DNA from: Octopus sinensis
Taxonomy: Eukaryota
NCBI RefSeq assembly: GCF_006345805.1
Contig: NC_043016.1
Coordinates: 20,026,001-20,090,000, forward strand
Length of the DNA stretch: 64,000 nt
Reading direction: 5' to 3'
Both the position numbers and the translations under genes were made by a program. Numbering within the stretch: position 1 is the stretch's first letter; each line of letters starts with the position of its first letter. Of this stretch, positions 13,301 through 24,291 are shown piece after piece. The notes beneath the pieces are model-generated. The model had not been told where the DNA came from. It saw only the letters and a program-made list of their open reading frames with translations, and did no database searches.

Positions 13301-16300
13301 CACTAGTCATTCATCTATGTCTAGTTTCTGCAGCCACCACCAAATGAAAGAGTGAGGCACCCTGAGTACAGGGGTTTGCTTTTTTTGTGAAATACTCCTC
13401 CTGCAGTTGCCTTAATAGATAGAGAGTATCAAGAATACTTCTCCCTGGCACATAAACATATTGATTATGTACATATGTATCCAATAATGTACAGATTTCC
13501 TTTTTCCACTCAATACCTCTTAAATGTGAGCTCTTAAAGGAGCCCTTTTGGATAACTAGGAATTTACATTTATATTTGTCTTCAAAATGAGCTAGTCTAA
13601 TATCTCCTCACTCATCTTCACTGTCATGCACTTTAGCCTACTCACAAATATACTGCCTTTTATATTGTTATATTGGCACATGGCTCAGTGGTTAGAGCGT
13701 TGAGCTTACGATCGTAAGGTTGTGAGCTCGAATCCCGAACTGGGCTGCATGTTGTGTTCTTGAGCAAGATACTTTATTTCACATTGCTCCAGTTCACTCG
13801 GCTGTAGAAATAAGTTGCGACGTCACAGGTGCCAAGCTATATCGGCCCCTTTTGCCTTTCCCTTGGATAACACTGGTGGTGTGGAGAGGGGAGGCCGGTA
13901 TGCATGGGTGACTGCTGGTCTTCCATAAACAACCTTGCTCGGACTTGTGCCTGGGAGGGTAACTTTCTCGGTGCAATCCCATGGTCATTCATGACCGAAG
14001 GGGGTCTCAGAATATTGTTATAATGTGGATCCTTATCCACTTGTATGTTATTGTCAGCACTGTAATATTCTTGTCACCATTATTATGTCTTCTGTACATT
14101 TTAAACAAAGCATGAAGAAAATGAATGAGAAAACATTTTTTTCTAGTGGATGCAGGCATGGCTGTGTGGTCAGGTTTGCTTCTCAACCATGTATTTTTGG
14201 GGGTCAATCCCACTACATGGCACATTGGACAACCTGTAGTCGAAAGTTTATTTAAAAAAAGTTTTTGTTATCTTCTGCAATAAACTTGAATTAAAGTTCA
14301 AAAAGAACATTAACTCCATTGATCCCACTGGTAGCAGAAAGCCTGAAGTGGCTGCCTACAGGTCTTGCCCCTTCCACTGGACCAATTCAATAAAATAAAA
14401 GAAATTCCACTATATACTGTGCCCCATTTGAATGAATCAGTTTTATATCAACATTAATAAATCTAATTGCAGGGCTGCTCATAATTTGTACAATGTAATG
14501 CTAAACTACCAAAACATAATACCAACATTAAGTACTGAGCAGAACTCATTTGAAGAACTAAACAGTGTAAGTATTAAACATGTTAAAATATAAAGTAGTA
14601 AGGCCCCTGACAGAGGTATAGCCAGGTTCTACATTTAGGGAGAGTGAGCACATAAAAAAAGGTGCTGTGTCACATACCAAACAATTTTTAACTCTTCTTA
14701 TATTCATTAGTTGTAATATGTGTAATTGTATTCTATGTTCATTAATTTGATTTATCAGCAACAAAGAAACTTACAACTATTGATAAGGGTGTGACACGGA
14801 AAAGATGTAAGTCCACAGGAACATCCAGTGTTGAGAGATTATGATGTCAAGGTTTGTTTTGGTTCTTCAGATGTCAGAGGACACCAACACATCAGAGGAG
14901 ATTTGTTTTATTTTTTTCCCTCTTCCAATTTTTGCAAATTACCCAGTGAATATATTGTGCAGCTCTATCATGCCTGTTGAGATACTCTGTAGGTGCAAGA
15001 AGACTGCACTTGGAGACAACATGATCAATGGTTTCATTTTGTTGTTGACATACATGACATGTTGGGCTACTGCCGTTCTTTAATATGTTGGCCTGGTAGT
15101 TCCTTGTAGGTAGGCATTGATCTTGAGCTACTATGATAAACCCTTCTGTTTCAGATTTTAAGCCAGCGGCCATTATCCATCGATGGGTCAAGGCTTTGTC
15201 AACATCTGCATTATTCGCTCTCTTTGGGTATTTGCCATTGAGAGGTTTTTCTTGCCATTTATCAATCAGAATATCTAAGGCAGCAGTTTTAGCACAGGTT
15301 TTCATGTGTTTAGCTTTTTCTGTCCTTGTTTCTTGTATGTCTAATTCCGAAATTTGTTGTATTCGGAATTCATTTAGATATTTCTTTGCCTGTTTTGTTA
15401 CTGAGTATGATGCTTTCTTGTTTTCATGTTTTGAGACAAGTTTTAACATCCAGTCCTCATAGTTTTTCAGGTAGGTGTCTAGGCCAATTGTAGCCATCAT
15501 CATTGTTATTGTCAGTTGTAAAAGTTCACATCCTCCCTCTTTTCTTGGCAGATAAAGTCGTTCTATATCTGCCTTAGAGTGGTACATTCTATGCATTGTC
15601 AACAGTTTTTGTATTTTTCTGTCAAGATTACATATTTCAGTAATTGACCAGTTAATGATATTAAAACTGTAAGTCACAACTGGTATGGCTAAAGCATTGA
15701 TCGCTTCGATCCTGTTTCTCGCATTCAGCTCTGTCTTGAGTATTGATCTTACTCTGCAATAACATTCTCTCCTGATCCTTTCCTTCATCATTGAATGCCT
15801 TATTCTGTCCCTTTCAATTACCCCTAGCTACTGGTAGCTCTCCGCTGGGTCTAACTCTTTTATGACATTCTGCTGGTCAAGGTTAACGTTAGATGTTTCT
15901 GTCATTTTTCCTTTGATAAAGGTAGCTTTTGCACATTTATCGAGGCCAAATTGCATTCTGATATCATCACTGAATTCTTTAACAATTGTTAGTGAGTCCT
16001 TTATTAATTTTAAAAAAATTTTTATTAAGTTTTTGTTTTTGATTATTGAGATATATGAGCTGTCCTACAATTAAAAGGTACATTCCAACCATAACCAAGT
16101 AGTTGAACTGTAAGAGTGTTGCACAAAATACTCTGTGGCATTCCTTTTGACTCATTATGCTCTAAGTTCAAATTCCAGCAAGTTCAACTTTGTCTTTCTT
16201 CCTTTCATGGGTTAATAAAATAAATATCAGTTGAACACTGGTATTGACATAATCAACTTACCCAATCTTCCAAAAATTGCTGGTCTTGTGACAAAATTTG

Positions 16301-16956
16301 AAACCATAATCTAATGTGTTCTATTTCTAAATGGTAGCGTGTTATTTGAAGGACATTTAGCTACTATTTCGAGATGGTTGAGCATGCCTAAAGATGTTCC
16401 TGTGTTAGCTTACTTGTGTACTGTTTCTACATTTCTTATTCACAGCATACTTTTTTTTTAAAAGGTTTGTATTTAATCTCATCATCATCATTTAATGTCC
16501 ACCTTCCATGCTGGCATGGGTTGGACAGTTTGACAGGAGCTGGCCAGGCAGGAGCCTGCACCAGGCTTCACTGTCTGTTTTAGTATGGTTTTTATGGCTG
16601 GATGCCCTTCCTAACACCAACCACTCCACAGAATGGGCTGAGTGCATTTTATGTGCACAAGTACAGGTGAGGTCAGTTTTGGCATGGTTTTTACAGCTGG
16701 ATACCCTTCTAAATTCCAACCACTTTACAGAGTGGACTGGATGCGTTTTACATGGCACCAGCACTGGCAGGGTCATCAAGTAACTCACAAGACAAAAATT
16801 CTTTGAGAGAGGCAGAAGCATTGGAGGAGGGGATCTTGTGTCAGATGATGAAAGGATTTTTTTTCTTTCTAGGTTCGTATATTTGGAGAAGACTTGGTCT
16901 TTGTCACCAATACTGTTAAACCTGAGAAATCAAGAGAACATCACTTTCTACCATAA
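1533..16956 (+). CDS. CCDC42: CCDC42/CFAP73-family coiled-coil protein, 3' part (6 exons: 1533-1618, 4894-5065, 7767-7841, 11560-11717, 14473-14566, 16873-16956); 5' exons upstream of window
   Basis: GT-AG exons join in frame (669 nt) to [20 protein letters not shown]...[15 protein letters not shown]...[17 protein letters not shown]...[24 protein letters not shown]...VRIFGEDL...HHFLP*. This matches recalled CCDC42 motifs ([69 protein letters not shown]). CCDC42 vs CFAP73 orthology was not tested. Confidence 0.88.
1960..2500 (+). mobile_element. Probable RTE-type LINE 5' UTR remnant
   Basis: gggcatccttctaggagaaggtgactc resembles recalled RTE/BovB 5' UTR motifs (…tctaggagaagg…); GC-richer than its flanks. 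Confidence 0.4.
2580..3000. mobile_element. Penelope-like element end: 330-bp near-perfect palindrome (2580-2909) containing hammerhead motifs, flanked by (TA)n
   Basis: Arms 2580-2744 and 2746-2909 differ by 1 mismatch and 1 indel. The tail 2909-2990 is homologous to 60204-60290. Confidence 0.7.
2675..2717 (-). ncRNA. Minimal type-I hammerhead ribozyme motif (core intact)
   Basis: Minus strand reads CCAC-CUGAAGA-U-UGUC-GGAGCA-GACA-U-GAAAC-AUUU-GUA-GUGG: stem I CCAC/GUGG, CUGANGA core, stem II, GAAA, GUA cleavage triplet. Confidence 0.65.
3790..4631 (+). mobile_element. Degenerate DNA transposon 3' half, Chapaev3 (CMC)-like transposase remnant with right terminus
   Basis: Peptides [14 protein letters not shown] and [44 protein letters not shown]; ends ...atgcagaccagtg (CAC..GTG-type terminus). 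Family assignment is from memory. Confidence 0.7.
4894..5065 (+). CDS. CCDC42: CCDC42-like exon
   Basis: tttaag|A...ACT|gtaaga; FQDDLRNLL...[20 protein letters not shown]. Confidence 0.9.
5151..5364 (+). mobile_element. SINE family A copy
   Basis: ggtggcgagctggcagaaacgttag...gagttcaaattcc...aaagaaataggt, homologous to 1-170. Confidence 0.85.
6804..7327. repeat. Compound microsatellite (TA)n, (CTT)n/(CCT)n, (TA/CA)n
   Basis: Direct inspection. Confidence 0.95.
7431..7493 (-). ncRNA. Hammerhead-like motif with CCGAAGA (U4C) core in a Penelope-like fragment
   Basis: Minus strand: AGAUAA-CCGAAGA-[GAUG..GUGG AUUU CCAC..CAUC U]-GAAAC-UCAGA-GUU-UUAUCU; 6-bp stem I, stem III ACUC/GAGU. Confidence 0.55.
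7767..7841 (+). CDS. CCDC42: CCDC42-like exon
   Basis: tttcag|GAT...GAA|gtgagt; [25 protein letters not shown]. Confidence 0.87.
8339..8547. mobile_element. piggyBac-type MITE with TTAA TSD
   Basis: ttaa|cactttcattacc...gtaatgaaaggg|ttaa; homologous to 45956-46176; internal 26-bp duplication. Confidence 0.85.
8548..8749. repeat. 25-bp minisatellite, 8 units (ttaaataggttgcctgtactctgtc)
   Basis: Period 25; units 5 and 7 carry an a>t variant. Confidence 0.95.
9870..10920 (-). mobile_element. Degenerate R4/Dong-type non-LTR retrotransposon 3' remnant (RLE domain)
   Basis: Minus-strand peptides [27 protein letters not shown] and NLQKSAIL...RILRKIL; interrupted frames. Confidence 0.7.
11560..11717 (+). 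CDS. CCDC42: CCDC42-like exon
   Basis: attcag|GAA...CGAAT|gtgtgt; [17 protein letters not shown]...KSGQIR(M); weak donor but the phase matches the next exon. Confidence 0.85.
12780..13400 (-). mobile_element. RTE LINE reverse transcriptase remnant
   Basis: Minus strand GVHQGS and [12 protein letters not shown] motifs plus degenerate [10 protein letters not shown] finger; homologous to 62510-63400. Confidence 0.8.
13674..14010 (+). mobile_element. tRNA-derived SINE (family C)
   Basis: A box tggctcagtgg, B-box-like gctcgaatccc, CORE-like ttcttgagcaag body; partial minus copy near 42735-42870. Confidence 0.8.
14473..14566 (+). CDS. CCDC42: CCDC42-like exon
   Basis: ttgcag|G...AGT|gtaagt; (M)[31 protein letters not shown]. 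Confidence 0.85.
14800..16030 (-). mobile_element. R4/Dong-type non-LTR retrotransposon remnant (RT thumb, CCHC zinc knuckle, start of RLE)
   Basis: 299-aa ORF 15791-14892 with [37 protein letters not shown] and [18 protein letters not shown]; upstream MQFGLDKCA with an in-frame stop; internal deletion before the RLE. Confidence 0.9.
16873..16956 (+). CDS. CCDC42: CCDC42-like terminal coding exon
   Basis: ttctag|GTT...TAA; [27 protein letters not shown]; a candidate AATAAA lies at 17393-17398. Confidence 0.8.
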   Translation, partial: VRIFGEDLVFVTNTVKPEKSREHHFLP

Positions 16957-17489
16957 AAACTGCAAATGGACTTTTTTCTTAACTTACTATGAAGAATCCT
17001 ATAATTTGTAAGTTGTATAACTATTTCTGGTGTGCATTAGATATTTGATAACTGAACACAAATTTAAAGATTTCATAGAACAATTTAGACTCTTGTAAAA
17101 ACTATAAACTACCTTTTTATTTCATTTTTGCTGTAATTAAGCTAATTCTTTGTAAGTTGTAATAACTGTGCACACCTGCTATTTGATCATCAAATATATT
17201 TAGAGAGAGCATTTAGATTCTTTGGACAACAGCATTTGAGAATAGAACTGTGGTGAACAATTAGTTTTTTTTTATACATTTTTTTTTTTGCTAGCAAAGT
17301 TGTAAATAGTTTGTTTTTCCTAACTTTAATTTTTGCAAATTAGGATAGATATTTGTTGTTATATTTCAGGATAGTCATTTTTCTTTTGGCCAAATAAACA
17401 CACACATACTATGTATTTTGCTTCATTTCAGGTTTATTTTATTATTGTTCTTATTTAAAATTTTTTTGTCTGGAAACCTTTCATCACTC

Positions 17490-18450
17490 AACCTATAACC
17501 TCTTCAATGACTCTCCATTCCATGTGTCTCCTCTTTTCCTGTGACCTCTTCAGTGATTCTCCATTCCATGTGTCTCCCCCTCTCCTGTTTAGTCTATTTT
17601 GTCTTTCTAAATGACTCTCCATGCCCCATGTTACCTCCTGTCCCGTGACCTCTACAGCGACTCTCCATTCCATGTATCCCCTCCTGTCCTGTGACCACTT
17701 CAGCAACTCACCATTCCATGTATCCCCTCCTGTCATGTTCAGTCCATTTTGTCTTTCTAAGTGACTCACCTTCACATATGTCTCTGCCTGTCCTGTAATC
17801 TCTTCAGTGACTTTCCATCCCATGTGTCCCCTCCTGTCCTGTTTAGTCCATTTGGTCTAAGTAACTTTCCGTCCCACGTGTCTTTTATTGCCTTGTGACT
17901 TTTTCAACGACTCTCCATCCCCCATGGCTCTCCCTGTCCTGTTTACTCCACTTTGTCTTTCTAAGCAACTCTCCATACCACATGTCTCCTCTGGTCCTGT
18001 GACCCCTTCAGCAACTTTTGCTCCCACATGTCTTCTGTCCCATTTAGTCTGACTCTCCATCCTTCATGTTCCCTCCTGTCATATGACCTCTTCAGAGACT
18101 TCATTCAACATGTCTCCTCTTTTCCTGTGATCTCTTCAGTGACTCTCTATTTCATGTGTCTCCCATTGTCCTGTGACATCTTCAGCAACTATCCATCTCA
18201 CATGTTTCCTCCTGTCCTGTTTAGTCCATTTGGCCTTTCCAAGTGGCTCTCCATCCAGTGACCTCTTCAGCGATTCTCCATCGCACATGTTTTCTTCTCA
18301 CATGTGACTGCTTCAGTACCTCTCCATCGCATACACCTCCTCCTGTCCTGTTTAGTCCATTTGGCTTTTCTAGGAAGACAAAATGGAGTAGACAGAACAG
18401 GAGGAGACACATTGGATGGAGAGACGCTGAAGAGGTCACAGGAGGTGTGA
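17490..18450. repeat. Pyrimidine-rich degenerate minisatellite (~44-bp unit with longer variants) ending in an inverted unit block
   Basis: Recurrent gacctcttcagtgactctccattccatgtgtctcctcctgtcctgt; variant units carry ttagtccattttgtctttctaag; strand switch near 18372. Confidence 0.85.
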
Positions 18451-19489
18451 CGAAAGATTTCCAGCCAAAGGACATAAAATAAAATAAATCTGAAGTGAAG
18501 AATGAATATATAGTGTGTGTTTATTTGACAAAAAAAAAATGTCCATCTTGAAATATAATAATATCTAATGAAGTGTCAGTGCTAAGCAGTGTGTAAGTAT
18601 GAGCAGAATTAGGGAAGTTATTTACCTCAGTCCGGTGATCTACTAGTGCAAATCAGTCAACATGCTGACTGAATTACATCTAAAGCTTTACAACTTCATT
18701 CAGAATTGCCTTTCATTGACGAGAACCAAGTAGCTTGAAGTGTCGATGTCTGGGATTACTAATAGATGGCGACACTGAACAAACCGGGTGTTTTTAACAC
18801 CTTTTTTTTTACCATAAAAGAGATTTATTCTCCATGTTAATTGCAGTGTGTTTGCCTTTTAGCTGTCGAAATATGTGACAAACATATTTCAACTTATCTA
18901 ATTCTGCTCATAACAATATCTGTTCCAACACAGGATTTTACATCAGGAATTTTACAAAACAAATACAAAGACAATAGATATTTGAATATTAGGATATTTA
19001 CATAGTACTTAACTGCCAGAACATTTATTGAAGTTTTTCTCTCTCCCAAAAAACCCTTCATGCTTAACTTGGCATATAAAGGAACCCTTTTATTTTATTA
19101 AGCAGAAATATATTGTTTTTCAAAACATTATTTGTCTTTATTCTTAATAAATTTTACTTAAATATTTGTAATTTAAACAATATTAAAATCTATCACAGTT
19201 ACCACGTGTATATGTATGTACATACATACATACATACATACATACACACACATACATACATACATACATACATGCACACATACACACACATACATACATA
19301 CATACATACATACATGCTTCTATTAAAACTGCAAAATTATCACAAAACTGTTATCACTGAGTAACAGATCTATGATAATTTTGCTGCTTTAATAAAAGCA
19401 TATTACTCTACCTTTGGTATTTGAGTACTGTCTTTTCCACTTTGCTTTGCACTTATGTTCCCACCTGTGTGTGTGTATATATATATATA

Positions 19490-19980
19490 TATGGTGGTAC
19501 GTAAAAAGCACTATCCGACTCGTGGCCGATGCCAGCGCTGCCTCCACTGGCTTCCGTGCCGGTGGCATGTAAAATACACCAATCCGACCGTACGACAGGC
19601 ACGTTGCTTGCGAAGACATGTTGGGGTAAGCGAAATTGAATTGAACCAGCCAGGATCCCTGGTCTGGTGGTACGTAAAAAGCACTATCCGACTCGTGGCC
19701 GATGCCAGCGCCGCCTCGACTGGCTTCCGTGCCGGTGGCACATAAAATACACCAATCCGACCGTGGCTGTTGCCAGCCTCGCCTGGCACCTGTGCAGGTG
19801 GCACGTAAAAAGCACCCACTACACTCACGGAGTGGTTGGCGTTAGGAAGGGCATCCAGCTGTAGAAACATTGCCAGATAAGACTGGAGCCTGGTGCAGCC
19901 TTCTGGCTTCCCAGATCCCCGGTCGAACCGTCCAACCCATGCTAGCATGGAGAATGGACGTTAAACGATGATGATGATGA
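19490..19980 (+). mobile_element. RTE LINE 3' UTR fragment with internal duplication and (GAT)n tail
   Basis: ...catggagaatggacgttaaacgatgatgatg; block 19491-19600 is duplicated at ~19665-19770. Confidence 0.85.
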
Positions 19981-20159
19981 TATATATATATATATAAATG
20001 TATCATATATGTATATTATATTCATAGAGTTAGTGGGCTCAATTTGACAGTTGGCATAAAAGCAAAAAAAATCTACAATATTCCACTCAAAAATAAAATT
20101 ATTAAAGAGATAAAAAGAATATTAAAAATATTAACTAGATTAAATCTGGGAAAAAAACA

Positions 20160-20900
20160 GTTTATCCAAAGTAGCTGCTCTCAGCATCCACCATGGCCCC
20201 AAGATGCCTCAAGACTGTATTTCTCACTGTGTTCTTTGGAAGATCTTTGAACATCTTGATCTTGGCCTTGATATTGCAGGAAGAGCAGTTAGTGTCTTTC
20301 TCAACTGCACCCAACACAAAGTAATCTGTGGGATTACAATCACGGAAATTAGGCAGCCAGAAATTGGAACTGCTGGCAATGTAGAAGTTCTGCAACAACC
20401 AATTTTGACTCTCTTTCTGGATGTGAAGCAAGGAGCTAAGTCCTGCTGTCACACATATGATCTTCCTGCAGTAACCCTCTCCAGCCTAAATTTGATCACA
20501 GTCTCTAGAAGCTTCACATAACTGTCTGAATTGAGTCTAAGGTCCTGTTGGAGAAACATTGAAAGATCATCACAATTTGGGTGAACTTGGTTTTCATATG
20601 TGGGACATTACATGAATTGTACACAAACACCTTTTGTTCTACATGTTGTGCAACTGGTCCAAGTAGAAGTTCTTTTCATCTGAGAAGAACCAGATCATCC
20701 CTGTTTCAACAGAGTGCTTGTTCAGGATTTTCTTTGCCTTCTTCAAGAGGTTCTCCTTTGCTTTGACTCTCAGAATTTGTCCCTTGCACCTCTTGTACAA
20801 GTGGTAGTGAAGATACTTATTTAAGGCTAGCTTCATGGTGGTGACTCCAACACCTGTCTCTCTCACCAAAGGTCAGATTCCCTTGTTCAGATCTTCCAAC
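20160..20900 (-). mobile_element. Tc1/mariner transposase remnant
   Basis: Minus-strand IWFFSDEKNF (first D) and FWLPNFRDCNPTDYFVLGAVE (SPDLNP-type motif); frameshifted. Confidence 0.85.
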
Positions 20901-20994
20901 ACCTTATCCTGCAGTCATTGAATGAATTCCAGCATGTGAACGACACAATCAGAATACCCAGTGTCCCTTTGTGTTGGTCATGGCTTTTTAATCC

Positions 20995-21395
20995 CTGTTG
21001 TTGCTGTTTGTTTGTTAGTTTGTTGAGCAAAGCGGCCTTTGTCCCATTAGTGGGAGAAGTCGGAAACATGATCCTTTTTGCTATTTGTAAGACCCGCAGA
21101 AGAGAAAGCAGGTCAACCCCCGACACCAAGAGCATCGACGTATGGATGATTGTGCATCCAGGCTCAGCGGTTGTGTAGGAAGTCGGGGACAAGAAACAGG
21201 AAGAAAGAGTGAGAGAAAGTTGGACCGAAAGAGTACAACAGGGGTCGCCCCCCCCCCCCCTGCTGGAGCTTCGTGGAGCTTTAGATGTTTTCGCTCAGTA
21301 AACACACACAACGCCCAGTTTGGGAATCGAAATCGCGATTCTCCGATCGCGAGTCCACTGCCCAAACCACTGGGCCATTGCGCCTCCACTGTTGT
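20995..21395 (-). mobile_element. tRNA-derived SINE (family D) with (AAC)n tail
   Basis: Head tggcccagtgg...tttcgattccc, homologous to 51775-52047. Confidence 0.8.
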
Positions 21396-21629
21396 TGCTG
21401 TCCCTGTCTTGCCTAACAGCCTTTACAGTGTTTCACAGAGACTTGAGCAGCTGACATATCAACATTTTGATACCCACCACGAATCATCATAAAGGTAACT
21501 ATTTTCCAATATTCAGATGGCTTCCACCTCTACCATGTCAGCTAACATTTTCTCAATTGCAACTTTATGCTTTTCAAAACCATTAACTGTTCACAAATAC
21601 ATCGAGCTGTCCCCGAAAAAATCATCAAA

Positions 21630-21990
21630 TTTAGCCCAAACACCCTATACTACAAATGATCTGTGACAGAGTAGATTTAGATAAGATGCAATTTGGCTTC
21701 ATACCTGGAAGAGGTATTGTAGATGCAATTTTCCTAATGAGGTAACTACAGGAAAAATACTCGTCAAAGAGGAAACCATTATTCCTGGCATTCATTAACT
21801 TGGAGATGTTTGAAAGAGCACTATGTTCAGCAATTAGGTAGTTGCCAAGGAAACTAGAAGTAAATGAAAGGCATGTGATAACTGTATAAGCTATGTACAA
21901 AGATGCAGTAAATGAATCAACTATGTCTTCAAGGATGAATTTAGCTTGACTGTAGGAATCCATCAAGGCTCACTCCTTTTCTATTCATCA
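21630..21990 (+). mobile_element. RTE LINE RT remnant
   Basis: MQFGFIPGRGIVDAIFLMR.LQEKY...FINLE...GIHQGS. Confidence 0.85.
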
Positions 21991-23244
21991 CAGTCTGGCT
22001 GTCTATAGACTTATAGTGTACGCTTAGTGAAATTCTTTCTCTCTCTGTTATATATATACATAAGTACGTACATAGCAGATAACAGCTAACCTTCGGCCAC
22101 TTGAACCCTGTTGTGTCCACTACTCTGATTGGTTGGTATTGGTGCAATTTGCCTCTTGCTCTATTACATGCCAATGTGCAACCCAACCAATCGCAGCCTT
22201 CTGATAAGGTCCCATGACACAGTCTTCTAATTCTCCATGGAAGCCTCCTAGTCCCTATAAAAGGCTAGTTACAACAACCGTATTTTGTCTTTGGTTCTAG
22301 ACCTTCTAAGGCCTAACCCACTGACCACAGAGCACACAGCCAGTTCCAGCGACAGACAACACCAACAGCCCACATGGAGACTTGACTTCGTCCAGCAGCA
22401 TTCAGGACTTCCATCTCCATCGCCAACAACATCTCTACATACACAGCAACGTTCGCTCAGGTTTAACTCCAAGTGTTTGTGAATCACTTCACCATGGTTA
22501 ACAGCAAGTACAACCTGAGAGATCTTCCTGTATTAAGTAACTGGCACAGCATAGTAGCCACAACTTCTTAAATGACATTGCTTCAACTGGCTCTGCTTCA
22601 ATGCCACAACTTCTTACAGCACTTCAACTATTGTATACCTTACTACGAACTGGTATTTATCTTCATTGTGCCAGAACATTCTTCTAACATCCTGTTATAG
22701 ACTCTTTCTATGCTCTGTATTTTATCTGACATGCATACACCCTTTTTTCTACACACATACATATTATGTATGCATGATGGCCTGCCTATTATTATTATAT
22801 ATATACCTATGTTGCACACACATACATGTGAACACATAAATAAAACCTTTCTCTTAACATTCTACGGTTGTGTCGTCTTTCTTTCCCTTCTGGCACTTGT
22901 ATTCATCCATTTTGCTTTTATTGTAAGCGACCATGCGGTGTATTAAAGGAGTCATTCATTCGTCACCTCTCCTTTCGCACGGTCGTTCTTCCAAACTGAT
23001 TGTTTAGTTCTCATAGTTGAATCTACAGCAAAATAAGAGAGAAAATTCCAAGCATGGAAGTTAAATCAAGAATCAAAAAGTCTAGCAAATGCGAAGGTTT
23101 TGGTAAGGAAGAAGACAATAGGTTGATGCCTTCAGGGAAATGGCCATATTTGATAAGCTGCAACTCTATAATACAACTGGTATTAAGGAAGGATAGGAGA
23201 ATATTAGATTAATGAGCCCTAAGATTCACTCCATAATTGCCCAT

Positions 23245-23510
23245 GGGCATATGGTGTAGTGGTTAAGAGTACGGGCTACTAACCCCAAGATTCCGAGTTC
23301 GATTCCAGACAGTGACCTGAATAATAACAATAATAACAACGAAGACAAAGATGACGAAAATTAGCTTAGGAATGAGAACTCAGGATCAAAATTTCCCCAA
23401 GACACCTGATGAAGTCTGGAGGGTAATCAGTGAAAATGTTGAGTTAACAACAAACAAGATGAGGACAAATGTCCGTCAAATGTAAATAATTCCTCATCTC
23501 TTAAATATAG
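23245..23510 (+). mobile_element. tRNA-headed SINE-like element with a degenerate hammerhead motif downstream
   Basis: A box tggtgtagtgg (23252), B box gagttcgattcc (23295), (AAT/AAC)n spacer, then acac-CTGATGA-..ctg..cag..-GAAAAT-GTT-gagt (23402-23444). Confidence 0.6.
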
Positions 23511-23639
23511 AGCAGAAACTCCATATGTTGTATGCCATGTCAGCTTTGATATGGTTTCTACAGCTGTAATTCCTTTATAATGTCAACTACTTAACATTTA
23601 ATTCCACATGGAAAGAAACATACAAAAAGGAAGTTAAAA

Positions 23640-24140
23640 ATGCATTGGGAGCAGAGGTAGCTCTCTGAACTTTGCCCAGGCTATTCTTATTCTAGCAGCT
23701 ACACTTTCAGAGCATCCACCCCGCTACTGACTTTGACCACTGGGTAATGGAAGCTATCTACTACTTGTAGTTTTTCTCACTGGAATGTGACTGAAGCTGT
23801 TCTCTGCACATTTTCAGAGTTTATAGCACCTGAGCATTTGCCACATACAAAAACTATCTTCCCAGTTAGCCTTCCTTTGATATTGCTGCACCTCTTATGT
23901 GTCCATAGCTTACACTGGGTACAGTTTCTACCTATGCCTTTTCTACAGATCGAGCAGGGCCATCTACCTGAAGGGATTTCTGGTTTGCCTGCCTTCCTAC
24001 TTATTAAGACTGGTTTTAGTTAGGTTGACTCTAAGGCTCTTTGATTCTTATCCTTGCTTCCACACCTGAAACTTTTCCTCAAGTTCTGATAGTGACGCAG
24101 CAATTAGAGTAAGGTCATCAGCATAGAGGAGTGCATACTG
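23640..24140 (-). mobile_element. RTE LINE RT remnant
   Basis: LLYADDL..IAA, LRVNLTKT, LWTHKRCS, GGCSESVAARIRIAWAKFREL. Confidence 0.85.
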
Positions 24141-24291
24141 GTGAAGACGCTCAGAAAATTCACATGATCAAACTCACAGAATCCAAAAACTCAACGTTAA
24201 CACCTGGTCACAAAAATGAAAAAAAAAAAATGTTTAATAGGTGTAAAACAACATGTAGTAAATGATCTATACTGTGTGTTGTCCATTTCTT

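Noticed and set aside
13674-13750. Possible tRNA gene (also 23245-23310 and 21320-21395)
   Set aside because: A/B boxes are present but there is no complementary 3' acceptor stem or T-run terminator, and the sequence continues into SINE bodies.
14892-15791. 299-aa ORF as a nested host gene
   Set aside because: It is a retrotransposon RT/zinc-knuckle fragment with an upstream in-frame stop and a downstream deletion.
17488-18475. Repetitive-protein gene on the minus strand
   Set aside because: Frames break between units and no convincing splice or start context exists. It is kept only as a minisatellite finding.
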